Assembly (NCBI GenBank): GCA_013265495.1
Contig: MU057651.1
Span: forward strand, 1,127,674-1,191,673
Length of the DNA stretch: 64,000 nucleotides
Origin: Vicugna vicugna
Lineage: Eukaryota
Reading direction: 5' to 3'
Under the pieces are notes generated by a model. It was not told where the DNA came from and ran no database searches. It worked only from the letters and a program-made list of their open reading frames with translations. Shown one piece after another: positions 37,031 through 50,062 of the stretch; position 1 is the first letter of the stretch; each line of letters begins with the position of its first letter. A program made the translations under genes and the position numbers.

Positions 37031-38572
37031 TTTCCCCAAAGATGGTGAGGTGAGGCCCACAGAAAGGAAGAGCCTTGCTTGGGGTCACATAGCAAATTAG
37101 TGGTGGCAGAACTGAACAGAAATTGAAGGAGGGGCTGACTCCTATGGCAGGCAAGACGTAACTGAGCTCGCCGCAGCTCCACTCATGAGCACACTTGAAC
37201 CACCCTCTCGACCCATGCTGAAATTCATGGTCTGAGGCCACGGCCATGGCCACGGCCCTTTCCCTTTCCAATAAGCCCCCTGACCTCTCGTGCAGAGATA
37301 GGACTGCAGCCCCCGCGGCAGCCCTGCTGCTTATAAATAGGCAAACACCTGCTGACCTGGGCTGGGCTACCTCCCATTGAGGTAGCTTTGGCTGCAGAGG
37401 GCTGGGGGGCAGAAGGCAGACAGATTTGCCATTTCAGAATCAAAATAGGAAGTGTCTATTCTAAATAAAGAAATCTGGCTTGTTTTCATTCAGTGGCTGA
37501 TGGAGCAGCTGCCTTCCCAGGAGTCTTCCAAGGGGCCTGCCTCGAATTAGGCCAAAGCCATCACTCTGGCCATTTGGAGACTTCTGGGGCTTCTTCTGGG
37601 GTCCTATCTAGAACAGGCCTAGAATTCAAAAGCTTATCTTAAAAGGACAAGGGTTTACACTATCTCCAATACAGCTTGACCTCGTAGTCCATTTCACGTG
37701 GTGTCTCCTGTACAAGCCTTCCCCTCTCCGTCCATATTTCCCTGGGCACGTGGACACTGTCACACCCCCAGGAGACAGGTGGGCAGGAAGGTGTCTCCAG
37801 GGAAAAAGAAAAGTGAAGTGGGGGTTGAAGTCATTCAGGCCACTTGAGGTGACCTTTTTTTTTTTTAACTCATGTTTTCCCTCAGTACCAGGAGATTTTC
37901 GGTCAAAGTGTTCGAACAAAATAGGTGGATAATTGCCACTATTATTTCGCTTGGCTTTCCATGGGTGGACATAGCTGAACATATTGGCAGGTTCTTATTG
38001 TCCTACTAATCTTGGTGGGTATTTTGTTGCTTTTCTCCTAAACCCTGCAGTAAATTTACTGCTGGTAATAAGGTAAAACCACTTCATAACATCCCGTCTG
38101 TCCCCTACCTACGGGCAGAGTGGGCAGCCAGCCTCTGCAGTGAGATTTAAGGCTGTTCTTCCCATGCCAAGGATCTCTCCAACCAGGCACAGTGTCAGGT
38201 CCTCCCACCACCAACACCGGGGGAAGAGACCTGAGTTCCAGCTCCAACCCTGCCATGACTTGCTGTGTGACCTGGGGCAAGTCACTTCCGTTCTCTGGGA
38301 CTCAGGTGGCTTCCAGTAAAATGAGCGAGTCAGCCTGAGTGGATTCCCTAGCCAAGCTCCTCATCAAAATCTCCAGTAGTACTTATTAGTATGCAGATTC
38401 CAAGCCCTCATTCAGACTTCCTGAATCAGATTGCCTGAATGTTAGGGGCCACTGAATCCATATTTCAACAAAACACCCAGTGATTCCACTGTGCAGACAG
38501 GTTTGGGATCCAGTGAACCAGATGACCTCAAGGTCGCTTCCACCTCTGACTTTAGGCAGAGGTTTGGGAAGA

Positions 38573-38664
38573 TTTTTCTTTGTTAATGGCGATACTGGGG
38601 ATTGAATCTAGGACCTCACACATGCTTAGCATGCTCTCTCCCATTGAGATATTCCCCACAACCC
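38573..38664 (-). mobile_element. Second, more diverged vic-1-type tRNA-derived SINE
   Basis: 'atactggggattgaatctaggacctcacacatgcttagcatgctctctcccattgagatattcccc' = reverse tRNA-Ala-like body with T-rich tail. Confidence 0.8.
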
Positions 38665-39536
38665 ATTACATTAGGTACTTGGATACCTCCCTCAGCATTT
38701 CTGTATTTTGTCTCTAAGAGGTGTGCTCTCCTTCACCCCCCATCCCCAGGCCAAGTGGGGGCCCACTCTCTCATCAGGAGCCCTGAAGACTTCTGCTATT
38801 CACTTGTCAGACACTGAGTAGTCACCTTTGAGGACAGGACCCAGGAAGAAGAGGTACGCACATTATCATTGGGAAAGGGGGGCCAGAAGAGAGAAAAACA
38901 GTACCAACAACAGAAAAATGGGGGCTAGATCTGCCTGACGGTCAAGGCAGCCTGAGACCCCACTGTAGACATAGAGAGCATTGACATATTGTAGGGACCA
39001 CATCCAAGGCTCATGTTTCATGGATCAACTCTGCCACAGTTCAGGTAACACCATGCAAAGAGGTACAGCCATGCTGGGACCAGCCTTTTTTTAAGCTGGC
39101 GAGATCTTGTGGCTCCTAAGATTGGTACCAGCAAGTGAGGGTCTGAACACATCTCTCTCCACCACTGGGATCATCTAACCTCAGTCCCTGGGCCCGAGCA
39201 TGACTCATGAGACAACAGGCCTGTAAGAAGCACTGGACCGTGACATCTGGACACTCTAGCTTTGGGAGAAGGCTCTGAACTATGACCTCTTCTCAGAGCT
39301 GGCATCCTGCCCTCTTTAGGTGATCAAGAGCCCCCATGTCCGACCAGTTTTCTCCCCCGACTCTGCTGCCCTAGATCCCTAACTCCTTGGCTCTGTGCTT
39401 GAGTCCACATTCATTATTCATTCTTCACCCGCCCACTATTTACTCAGCACCTACTCTGACCTGGCACTGGGTTAATTAGGCCAAATGGAAGCAAAACAGA
39501 CACGGTCCTGGCCCACAGGAAGCCAACAGGCTAGCA

Positions 39537-40257
39537 CAGTCATTTTCAACCCTATCAGAATCAACATCTCTTTTTATAATAAATGTTTTTTGGTGCACCC
39601 CTTTATTATCCTGAAATTAAAGACATAGATATAATAACCCACATACATACATAAGATCAAGAGATGTCCCGTCAGGCAAAGAGGAAATGAAAGTAATCCA
39701 TACTCAACTAAAATGTATTTAAATATGTAAATACTCACACAGGATGGCATTGAAAGACTGAAGGAAGTAGGCAGAGGCCTGTGCTTTCAGCTAGAACCCC
39801 CACAAATGCAACAGCTACAAACACAAACTGCTAAGGGACGTTGCATTGATGAACGACTCTAGTTCCAAAAGCAACATCGCAATTGTTGGCCTGATTTTTT
39901 TTAAACAATGACCGACTCTGGATAAACCTCTGGGAAAAGAAAAAAAGTTCAATCTTCCCTCTCTCTACACAATAGTTTCATTAAAACTGTGTGGAGGTAG
40001 GGAAGCAAAACCTTTTATGCATATAGGTAAAATATTTATAGTCAACGTTCTGATCATTATAAATAGAGTTTTCACCTTCGTGGAAGTCCAACAGAACACT
40101 CAAAAATCATGCAGGATGCTGGACTATTCTCCATTTTGCAAGACTGTCCCAGGCAGAGGGGGACATCTAGTATCTCCATTTCCTGTCCACTAAATGAGCT
40201 CACAGATTTCCCCCAAAGTCCCCTAGGGGGCAGTATTCGCTCAGTTTCGAGTCACGG
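39537..40257 (+). mobile_element. MER20B-like hAT-Charlie element, near full length
   Basis: Starts cagtcattttcaaccctatcaga, internal 'gcaacagctacaaacacaaactg', ends 'cccctagggggcagtattcgctcagtttcgagtcacgg'; flanks ggctagca / ctctagcc fit nnnTAnnn target. Confidence 0.8.
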
Positions 40258-40479
40258 CTCTAGCCTTTCAGTTTCCATAGAACTGGTCTTTGTCTGGTTC
40301 TCCCCAAACTCCCATCCCCTTCACCTCTGCCCCCAAGGAATGGAGTCCCATCCTTGCTCCCAGTGTCTGAAAGGACTCGTAAGCCTCACTCCCTCTTCAT
40401 CGGTTCAGCTAGGCTGAGTCGGACTGCAGCTTCCAACGAAGTGAACTGCTTGACTGCATCGCAACCTGTTGCTGCCCCT

Positions 40480-40710
40480 CCCTTTGGGTGCCCCCACTGA
40501 GCTCAGCTCCCGCAGCGGAGTCTCCTACGCCACGCCAAGGGTGCCGCTACCGGCAGATGGCGGCCCTTCCACTCCGCAGCTCAGCCCTTAGCCCCTTCTC
40601 CATCCCCGCCCGGGCTGTTGATAATCGGCAGATCAGGTCCGACTACAGCCAGGTTAGAATTTGGGTCTCACCGGATCCCGGTAGCCCTTTGCCCACACCT
40701 AGATTCCCAT
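40480..40710. promoter_or_regulatory. Small CpG-rich patch containing CTCF-like motif CCGGCAGATGGCGG (40550-40563)
   Basis: Local CpG density well above flanks; motif read directly. Confidence 0.55.
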
Positions 40711-43700
40711 CGGATATTGAAAGACAAAAGAACCCTCTTCTGCAAATAGGAAGAGAAGGAGAGTTGCCCACCCTCTGAGCTTTCCTCTACCAGTCTTTTA
40801 AAGCGCTTTCTTGTCAGCATCGCACAGACAGCCCCCCGAACATTTGAGAACCCAGCCTAGTTCCCTGCAGAGCACCTTAGCCAAGAGTCTGTGCTCTGAA
40901 ATCAAACGGACCTTGAACCCAAGGTCTACCTCATACTGCTGAGTGACTTGAGAAGTTTCACTTAGACTCTCTGAGCTACAGTTTGTTCATTCAGAAAATG
41001 GTAATAATAATAGTACCTACCTCCATACTGTCCTTCTTAGGATGAAATGAATGCCTATAAGATGCTTAGCAGAGTGCCTAGCACACAGTAATCCACCAGA
41101 AAATGATAGTTATTGTTGCTATTCTGGGAATCACATGGTGTGCACTGAAAACTGGCTTCTGCTAATGTTACTTGTCCCATTCTGCATGTTTCCACTTTAT
41201 CTTCCAGACCAAGTTAAAAGTGTTTTTTTGAGGCTGACCAGGATGGGTCTGCATCTGGGCTGAAGTTGCATCTGCTGAGAGATACTAGGCTGGGAAAATC
41301 TGAAAGGCTCTCTTCTCCCAGGCAAAAAGAATGCTTTTTACAGTTTTTTTTTCTATCCTATCTCATCCCACAAAGACAATCTGAGAAGTAGTCATTGAGC
41401 AGACCAGAATTGGGGAGCCAGATTAATTAGGAACTATACTTAACTACGGCACCCACGTTCTTAGAAAATTCAGGAATTGTCTGAAAAGGTGTCTGGCAAA
41501 GTTGGCTGCATGGTTAATCACCTCAAGCCGTGTCTGCCTGGTGCCAGAGCTTTTGGAGGAAAAGGGAAAAACACAATCAGTCATCCAGGTGCCAAAGAGA
41601 CCATTCAGCTCCTGTGCAGAGATGATATTAAAAAGTCATCTCAGTATAAGCAGCTAGATTAAGGCAACAAACACCTTGAAGGTTCTAACCTGTTTGCTTA
41701 GCATTAACTAAGGGTTTTAATGACCCAGAAACCATTGAAGGGAACATCCAGATATCCATTAATGGGTCAATGTTTATTGAGCACCTACTATGTGTGTGGC
41801 ACTGTGCAGGCTAGAGAAAGCAGAAGAATATAAAAATCAGTCTAGAATCTTCTCTTGAAGGTTGCTATCCAGCTGGAGAGGGGAGGTGGGGTAGGGAAAG
41901 CAAATCCCTAGACAAAGCAATAGAAAGCCCTTCAGCTAGGTCTTTCAGAGGAGGCTAACATCCTTTTAGTTGCTGTAATTACAGCCTCACAAAATCAAGC
42001 AGCCCGATGTTCTATTTGGTGAAAGGAAAAAATACAGTTCGGCTCATCAACGGGGGCTGTTTGACATTCCAAGGACTTACACAGAATGGTTCAGAACCAG
42101 ATCTGGTGGCGGGCAGATCTGGGTTTTTCTGGCTCTGCTGCTTTCCCAGCTGTGTGACCTCACCCAGGTTGCCTAACCTCTCTGAGCCAGTTTCTCCCTG
42201 TAGAAATTGAAGGGCATAATAGTACCTTCTTTGAAGGATTGTGACAATTACAAGACATATCTTATGTAAAGCATTTGGCACAGAGCCTATCTTAATGTTC
42301 CCTAAAAAGGTAACTTAACTATAATCATTAAAAGAGAAAATGGCCATCATGAGCATTGGCCAAAGACATGTAGAAACTCTGGAAGAAAATTCCAGCCTCT
42401 CCCATTAGCAGTGAGGGCAGGTTGTCCTCCCCTCCTTGGCGCACTAGCATTCTCAGGTGCACACCAGCCAGGCCTGGGAAGACGGGGAGGTAAAGAAAGC
42501 ATTCCCACAACAGCTCCTCCCCCACCCCGCGCTTTACCCCCTCCTCACGTTAATCTGGCTTTTATGCTGCCTCCTACTCGCCCAGAAGGGGCTCCCCTCT
42601 GCCATTAAGGGCCCTCTCTGGGAGTTCTTGGTCATCCAATTTCAATATTCCTCTCTTTACAACCTCCCTTTGCAATTTGGCATCCTACATCTCCTTCCCT
42701 GCGGTATAACAACACGAGAAAGGATAGAAACATTGTAATGTGACCTTTTAAAAAAGAATGACCTGTATGTAAAAATCCATCAGCGCCTCTTAAAAAATGC
42801 ATATGCACAAAACCCCACAAAAGTCTCTGACTCATGCCTGGGAGAAGCAACAGGCACACCTGAATAGATTTTTTTTCCCCCAGAAATTTGACTGGCAAAA
42901 ATTTATCTCTGAATCTTCTATCACAGGATGTCTAGTTTCCACCCCAAAAAGGAAACACTTTGGGTTATTATGAGAAATCATAATGGCAGTTCCAACAGTC
43001 TGCGGATGACAGAATCAGCTCCTGAAAATGCTACAGTCTATAGTATTTTGTTTTTCCCGGTTATTAATACAATACATTTTGCCTCTGAGTCAAATGTTTT
43101 TACTTACGCCAAGAAAAAATCGTGAGTTACAGGAAGTCTAACAGGCTTAATGAGCAAGGAGTTTAACTTAAGCCAGTGGTTTTGCAATAACCCAGCCCAA
43201 ATCAGGCTCACTCCCTGCATTTAATGGGAAATAAGTGGTCAGAAATGGCCTTTAGCAACCTTGTTAGTGAAAAGGCACACGAGGTGCGTACCAACAAGGC
43301 TAGTTCTCCTGAGGTAAAAATGGCAGGTTGAGGTCACTGTAATTATCAACAGTGCTTTTTGCATGCTGGTTCCTATTACACATATTACCTGTTGCTTTTC
43401 GGCTTTCTGTAATTACCGTTTCTTATGGTCAGATCATGCTGTTTCCTCTGCCTTTTACCAAGCAGCATGCTTGGGAGAGTCATTTGTGGCCCCTTGAGTC
43501 TGCCCTGTAAGTGTATTTTAAAAGGCAAAGCTTCTTCGCCCAGCGAAATGAAACTGATTGGGAAAGTTCACCATAGAAACGGGGAGACCTATTACGTGTA
43601 ATGGCCAAGCTCTTTGCAACCAGATCTAAGCACTCAGCCACAATTTCAGAATGAAAGAACCTGTAAAGGCTTCAGAAGATAGCCGTGAAGACGATTAAGG

Positions 43701-43789
43701 GATTGGAAAAAAGGATCTAGGGGAAAAGGTGAAAGGTATTAGGATTATAAGGACGATTTAGCCCCAAGAGGGGGGAAAATAAAGAATGA

Positions 43790-43920
43790 AGGCGTCTGAC
43801 CAGCTGTTCTTTCTTCCTCACTATTGATGACACCGAATACATGAACTGCAGCATGAGATACTTTAAGTTAGATCTAAGAAAGAACTTCCCAACAATGCAT
43901 CTCCTCAGACACTAAAGGCC
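43790..43920 (+). mobile_element. L3/CR1 3' fragment
   Basis: 'gaactgcagcatgagatactttaagttagatctaagaaagaacttccc' CR1 signature. Confidence 0.7.
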
Positions 43921-44476
43921 ATTCATTCTTCAGTCCTAAACCATTAGTAGAGCCCCAGACACATGTTGAACTGTGTGATGGGCACTGGAGAAGTTCACAG
44001 GTTCATGAGGGAGAGAGAGCAAATAGATCATTACAAGACAGTGGGATGCATCCTATAATAGAAGGAATTTGGAATGCGTTGGAATTTTAAAAGGCCAGAG
44101 GGTGCATGTAGCGTCATATTCGATACCACCTCCAGCAGGGTCTGAGGCAGCACCCAGTAATGAAGGACACTGATATTTCTGGAGCAAAAACACATGAATA
44201 TTCACACAGGGCATGATAAAGGAAGACTATAAATAGCCTCATGCCAGTTCAAGTTTTGCTGCCAAATGAGTTTACCATAAACTTACAAAAGGCCCTCAGC
44301 TTGCAGAGCTTTAGGGTCTTGGGAAGGATAGATATGGGACTGTGGATCTGGGTACCGGGAGTCTGGTCCAGCAGTAGGACTTGGGAAAGACAGAGGACTT
44401 TTGGCTGCGGGCAGAACATATGTCTGTAACGTTCTCTTCAGCCTTGGTACCATGGACACGTTTTGAGGAAGATGGT

Positions 44477-44526
44477 TGTGTGTGTGCGTGTGCGTGTGTG
44501 TACGCGCGCGCGCATGCGTGCATGTG
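44477..44526. repeat. 50-bp perfect alternating pyrimidine/purine tract (TG/CG; Z-DNA-prone)
   Basis: tgtgtgtgtgcgtgtgcgtgtgtgtacgcgcgcgcgcatgcgtgcatgtg. Confidence 0.9.
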
Positions 44527-47413
44527 AAGCAGGGGGAACCTCCTCATTACTCCTCGGGTCAAGGCCCTTTCAGGCCCTGTATATAAAGTGGCCTCTGGTA
44601 ATGCAGCTCAAAGAATTCACCAAATGGTCAGTAAGTGTTTTTGTTATGGTTATGGTGATTTCAGATACTTGGCCCATGGTCCCTATGGGCATGGCCACAA
44701 AATTTCAGAATCAGCATCCTCATGTGGGGTCTGCAGGGTGTGGTAGAATCACCGGGAGGGGCAGGGGGTGGACATCTCTGACCTCTGTTTAAAGCTGTGT
44801 TCAGTGAAGAGCAGGGGCAGGGAGACACTGGCCGCTTTGCCTCCTCTCCCACAGTGACTGCAGTGGATGGCAGAGCTCGGCAAGAGACAGACTGAAAAGC
44901 CTACAGGGAGGGGCACCTGATCACCTGCTTCTCTGGATTGGGGAACACCCAGTTCCCTTCCACCAGCCAGGCAGCTTCACTTAGGGACTAGCCTCCCTTG
45001 AGGGAGAACACTCAGTGAACCCTACCACACCCTCAGAAGCTGTTTGCTTCCTCAAGGAAAGGAGGCAGTCCTGGAGCTCGGTCTCCTGTTCCAAATCAGA
45101 AAAAGGAGACCTCGCCCTGCTTCAGGGGCCATTTTCTGCTACCACCCACCTACCTGCAACCATCACCGACACCTAAAAAGGAAGGAAACCAAAGCCCTCT
45201 TTCTGTCTTTAGATCCCCACAAAAGCATGGCCTCCTCCCTGGTCCACCTCTCTGCCCTCTGGGAATCCAAGCCCACATCATTTCAGGATGAGCTCAGCCT
45301 ACAGCCACTCCCTCTGAGGCCTAGCTCCCCAACCTTGGTGATTCCAAAGCACACATCTGTTGCCACACCCGGGGCCCACCTAGGCCAAAGTGAGCCGGGG
45401 ACATAACCTTCAGTCTGCCGATTTCTCACACCCCCACACCCCCACACCCCACCCCTGCTGGCCTGGTCTTTGTCTTCCCTGGGGAGTCAGCTCCCTAAAA
45501 GCCTTCCCCCTCAACCCCCTAATGGGAAAGTCTCTGATAAAGGAATCTGCACTCAGGTATAGATAATCACCCTGCCTGGCCCAGGTACCCCTGCCAGACC
45601 ACCCCTGGCAGTTGGACTCAAAGGAATCGTGCGCTGATGGTAGGGTGGGTGGCATAACTCATAGGCACAAAGGAGCTATCTGGGGACAGGGGAAGACCTC
45701 TCAACCCCCATCAGATTACAATGTGGGGCCATCAAGTCAGCCCTCACCATTCTCAAGTAAGATGAACTGTGCCAACCCTCCTCAGACGGTTGGACTCTGT
45801 TTTCTGAATTCAAATCTGATTGTGCCATCAGATGGCAGGAGAGAAGATGTGGAAATGGGATTGACCTGGACAGTCTGATGTGGAGTCATGCCAAAGGTTG
45901 AGGGAGAGGAAGGAGAGGTTTTGCAAACAGAGATGTGTTGGTGAGGTGAGGGATGAAACAGCGGAAGAAGAAAAAGCTGGGTGGCAGTGGGTGGGGGAGG
46001 CAGCAAAAACAGATTTCAGGGAAGAATTAACCTTTCAGAGTGCTTATTTCGTACTAGGCACTGTACTGTGTTATCTCATGTCATCCTGACAACAACCCTA
46101 GGAGATGAGAACTAGTATGAGATCCACTTTTCCAAGGAGGAGACAGAGGTTCACTGAGGTGAAGGAATTTGTGGCAAATCGCAGCATCAATCACATAATG
46201 GTGGAGCTGGATTCAGACAAGTTGGTCTGATTTCAGAGAAATCAGTCATCTGAGGGAGGGGCCAAGCACCCTTTGGCTGTAGGAAGAGCTTCACTGGCGG
46301 ATGTTGAAAGGGGCTCCCAGACAACCTGCCCCACTCACCACAACACAGAAGTCCCCCAACAGCTCCCACAGGGACCACCTGCTCCTGGGTTAAACTGTTT
46401 TCAGGGAGAACACTGTTAAAATGTAAATATGTGGCCTGGAAAAGGTTAGCACAGCCCAAAAGTCAAGGTCTTAGAGGGGTTGGAAAGGATAGAGCTCCTA
46501 ATGGGATGGGCTACCTGTAGGAGCCATAGTGGGGGGCGTAGGGGCTGGGAGATATTGTGGCACTGAGTCCCTGAGATACACTGGGAGTCTAAAGGCACCA
46601 AAAACAAACTTGACTTAACGTCACCGTTTGATCCAGAACTGGCCCCACCCTCCAAACACACAAAGGAAGGGAGAAGGCATTGGAGACCAAAAGCTTAGGT
46701 TCATATCTTAGCTTTGCAACCTCCCAGCAATGCGCTTCTGGGCAAGTCACCACTCTGAATTTCCACTTCCTCATCTGTATAATAAGGATGGACATCAAAA
46801 CATCTCCTTCAGAGGTGAGATCGTGGGTGTAAAATGGTCAGCACAATGCCTGGTACTTAGTAGAAATTCATTAAGTATCAAGTCCATCTGGCCTGTTTTT
46901 ACCACCTCTTGGCAGAAAAGGGAGACCAAATTTTAAAGGCCTGGTAATAGTCTCTGAAGATAACAAAGGGCTAGGACATTCATTCATTCATTCATTCACC
47001 ACCCAAGCCCTGAATCCCTCCTTTGTATCCTGGAGAGTCAGACATGAAAACACCAGTCCTTGTTCTCAAGGAGCTCACACTCAAGTGGCCACAAGCCAAC
47101 ACACTCCTGCAGTGCTACAGAACACATTGTACTAGAGGCAGATCTGGGAGGGCTAGTGGGATACCCGGGGGCGTTGGGAAAGCTCCACAGAGAAGACATC
47201 TAAGATAGAACTTAAAGGACAAGTAGCAATTGTTAGGCAGACAAGGAAAGAAAATATATTCCAAGTGAAGAGAATAGCATATTTAAGTAACAACACATGG
47301 CAGGTGGAGATGGAGCTGAAATAGTGAGAATTGGTGAGAGATTACAATCTCTGGAGGAGGAGTCAGACAAGGTAGAGTATTCTTGAGTGACACCTCAGAG
47401 CAGAGAGATATTC

Positions 47414-48428
47414 AAATACAAATGGCCAATAGGCACATGAAAAAATGCTCAATATCACTAATAATCAGAAAAATGCAAATCAAAACTACAATGAGGTATC
47501 ACCTCACACCAGTCAGAATGGACATCATTGAAAAGTCCACAAATGATAAATGCTGGAGAGGGTGTGGAGAAAAGGGAACCCTTCTACACTGTTGGTGGGA
47601 ATGCAGTTTGGTGCAACCATTGTGGAAAACAGTTTGGAGATTCCTCAAAAGACTAGGAATAGACTTACCATCCAGCAATCCTACTCCTGGGCATATATCC
47701 AGAAGGAACCCTAATTCAAGAAGACACCTGCACCCCAATGCTCATAGCAACACTATTTACAATAGCCAAGATGTGGAAGCAACCTAAAAGTCCATCAATA
47801 GATGATTGAATAAAATAGTTGTGGTATATATATACAATGGAATACTGCTCAGCCATAAAAAGAATAAAATAATGCCTTTTGCAGCAACATGGATGGACCC
47901 AGATATTGTCATATTAAGTGAAGTAAGCCAGAAGGATAAAGAAAAATACCATATGATATCACTTATATGTGGACTCTTTAAAAATGACACAAATGAACTT
48001 ATTTACAAAACAGAAACAGACTCACAGACATAGAAAACAAACTTATGGTTACCAGGGGAGAAAGGGGGTGGGAAGGGATAAATTGGGAGTTTGAGATTTG
48101 CAGATACTATGACACAAATGAACTTATTTACAAAACAGAAACAGACTCACAGACATAGAAAACAAACTTATGATTACCAGGGGGAAAGGGGAGGGTGGAG
48201 GAATAAATTAGGAGTTCAGAATTTGCAGATACAAGCTACTATATATAAAATAGATAAACAACAAGGTTGTACTGTATAGCACAGGGGACTATATTCAATA
48301 TCTTGTAATTGTCTATAATGAAAAAGAATATGACAAGGAAAGAAAAAAATACATATATAGCTGAATCACTAGGCTGTACACCAGAAATTAACACAAAGTT
48401 GTAAACCATCTATACTTCAATTTTAAAA
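47414..48428 (+). mobile_element. 5'-truncated young L1 (ORF2 C-terminus + 3'UTR) with an internal 125-bp tandem duplication
   Basis: Translates to [34 protein letters not shown]...[18 protein letters not shown] (L1 ORF2p C-terminal cysteine-rich domain), frameshifted; same 3'UTR family as 18312-18797. Confidence 0.95.
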
Positions 48429-49874
48429 ATGTATAATAACCAGTGTAGCATAGACATTAAACACTTAGAAAGACCCCGTGGCCATAAACAAAAAGTAAGG
48501 CTATGTCGGGGCCTCTCAGGAAGGGATTCCTCATATTTAGGAGAGTTTTGGCCACTGAACTGCATATACCTAGATAATTAATGCATTTGCTATTCAGGCA
48601 TCCATGCTGTTTGAATGTTTAGCCTGACATTAACAGGAACATCTGGCACATAAGATATGTGTACAGTCGCACATAATATTGTTTAACAGAAGCAATTTTC
48701 TAAATTGCACCCGTATCTGTAGATAAGAGATTCTTTAGTATCCTGCCAAAACTTGGGTATCTATTCAGCAAACTGTCAGGGGGAAGAGTGTTGTATCTTC
48801 ATAGCTCCCCTGAGCACGTAGGCCACAGCCACACGCATAATACATCCCTAATCAATGGTGAATTGCTGAAATGTAGTTGGTTGAATTGAATGTCTTCCCA
48901 TTGAAATTTGGTCCTTGTCAATTTCTTTTAAATGTTATATCTAATAATTCCACTTAAGTCACCCCTTCCCCTTCTCCTTTTCATTGCCATTGCTGACAAT
49001 GTCAGACACTCTTAGCTTAGAGAAGGGACAATTTTTAATTATCTTTGCACTCCATAGAGCTCACTCTTAGTTAATTATCTTCTGATTCTCCCTGACTCAT
49101 CCATGGTCATCCCACAGTATAGTCTTTTGCTAGCATGGATTTTATTGCCAGACCTGTTGTTTTTCTGAGCTTCCCAAGTGAGAGAATCAGTAATGCAGTC
49201 TAGCTGCACAATGAGGTTGTATTAATCATTTATTTGTAAGTGAACCAGGTCATCTTTCACGTCAGCTCTTCTAACAGGTCAATTTTTAACACATCTAACA
49301 TGAAACAGCCCAAACAAATCAGTTCCATCTAGGTAAGGGCCTGCAAGCAAATCTTTTTTGAAAATTATTCAGAACAAAAATGATCATTTTATTTTGCACC
49401 ATAGTTTAGTCCTCACCAAAATCAGTGGGACAAGGGTCACCTCCACCTGCTGTAGGTTGTGAAGACAAATTCAACATGGTGTCTGGAGGAAGTGAGAATC
49501 CAGGATTTAGGTTTTGGAGCCAGACCATCCTCTGTTTAAATTTCAGCTTTACCACTGGCTTGCTGTGGGCCTTAGGCACATTTTAGAACTTCCCCAAGTT
49601 TAGGTAAGTTGGGGATAAAAATACCTACCTTGCGGGGTTGTTGTGAGGATTAAAGGTAAGGTACGGAAGTTGGAACTCACATAGCACGGTGCTTGGCAGC
49701 AAGAAGACGCTCATTAAGTGGTAGTTGCTGTGATTGTTACTGTGAGTCCATAGTAGAGCAGACAGAAGCCGAGACCATGAGTCAGGAGCCTGGATTCTGT
49801 TCTTAGCAGTACCACTAATGAAGCAAAGACCCTATCTCCTCCCTGGACCTCAGATACTTTGTAAAATGAGATTT

Positions 49875-50062
49875 GCTGAGGGGAAACTAATGTGTCACAT
49901 GGATTCCACCACTCTCTTCATCAGCATCCATGAGGGTCACCAGGAATCGATCACAGTGCCCATTCCTGAGGAGCAAACATAGTCATTCTAAATGCTGGGG
50001 CCTAAATAGCCTCTACCGCTCAATTAAAGTTGGCAAATGAAATGAAGCTTATTTGTCTTCCG
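49875..50062 (+). mobile_element. MER117-like hAT MITE within a MIR fragment
   Basis: 'aatcgatcacagtg' and 'aagttggcaaatgaaatgaagcttatttgtcttccgtg' resemble MER117. Confidence 0.55.

Noticed and set aside
47383..47787. 134-aa ORF with [18 protein letters not shown]
   Set aside because: Frameshifted L1 ORF2p C-terminus in a truncated L1, not a host gene
49140..49340. Possible second minus-strand terminal exon (two AATAAA, DVLKIDLLEELT* frame)
   Set aside because: Acceptors weak and AATAAA common in AT-rich DNA; insufficient support
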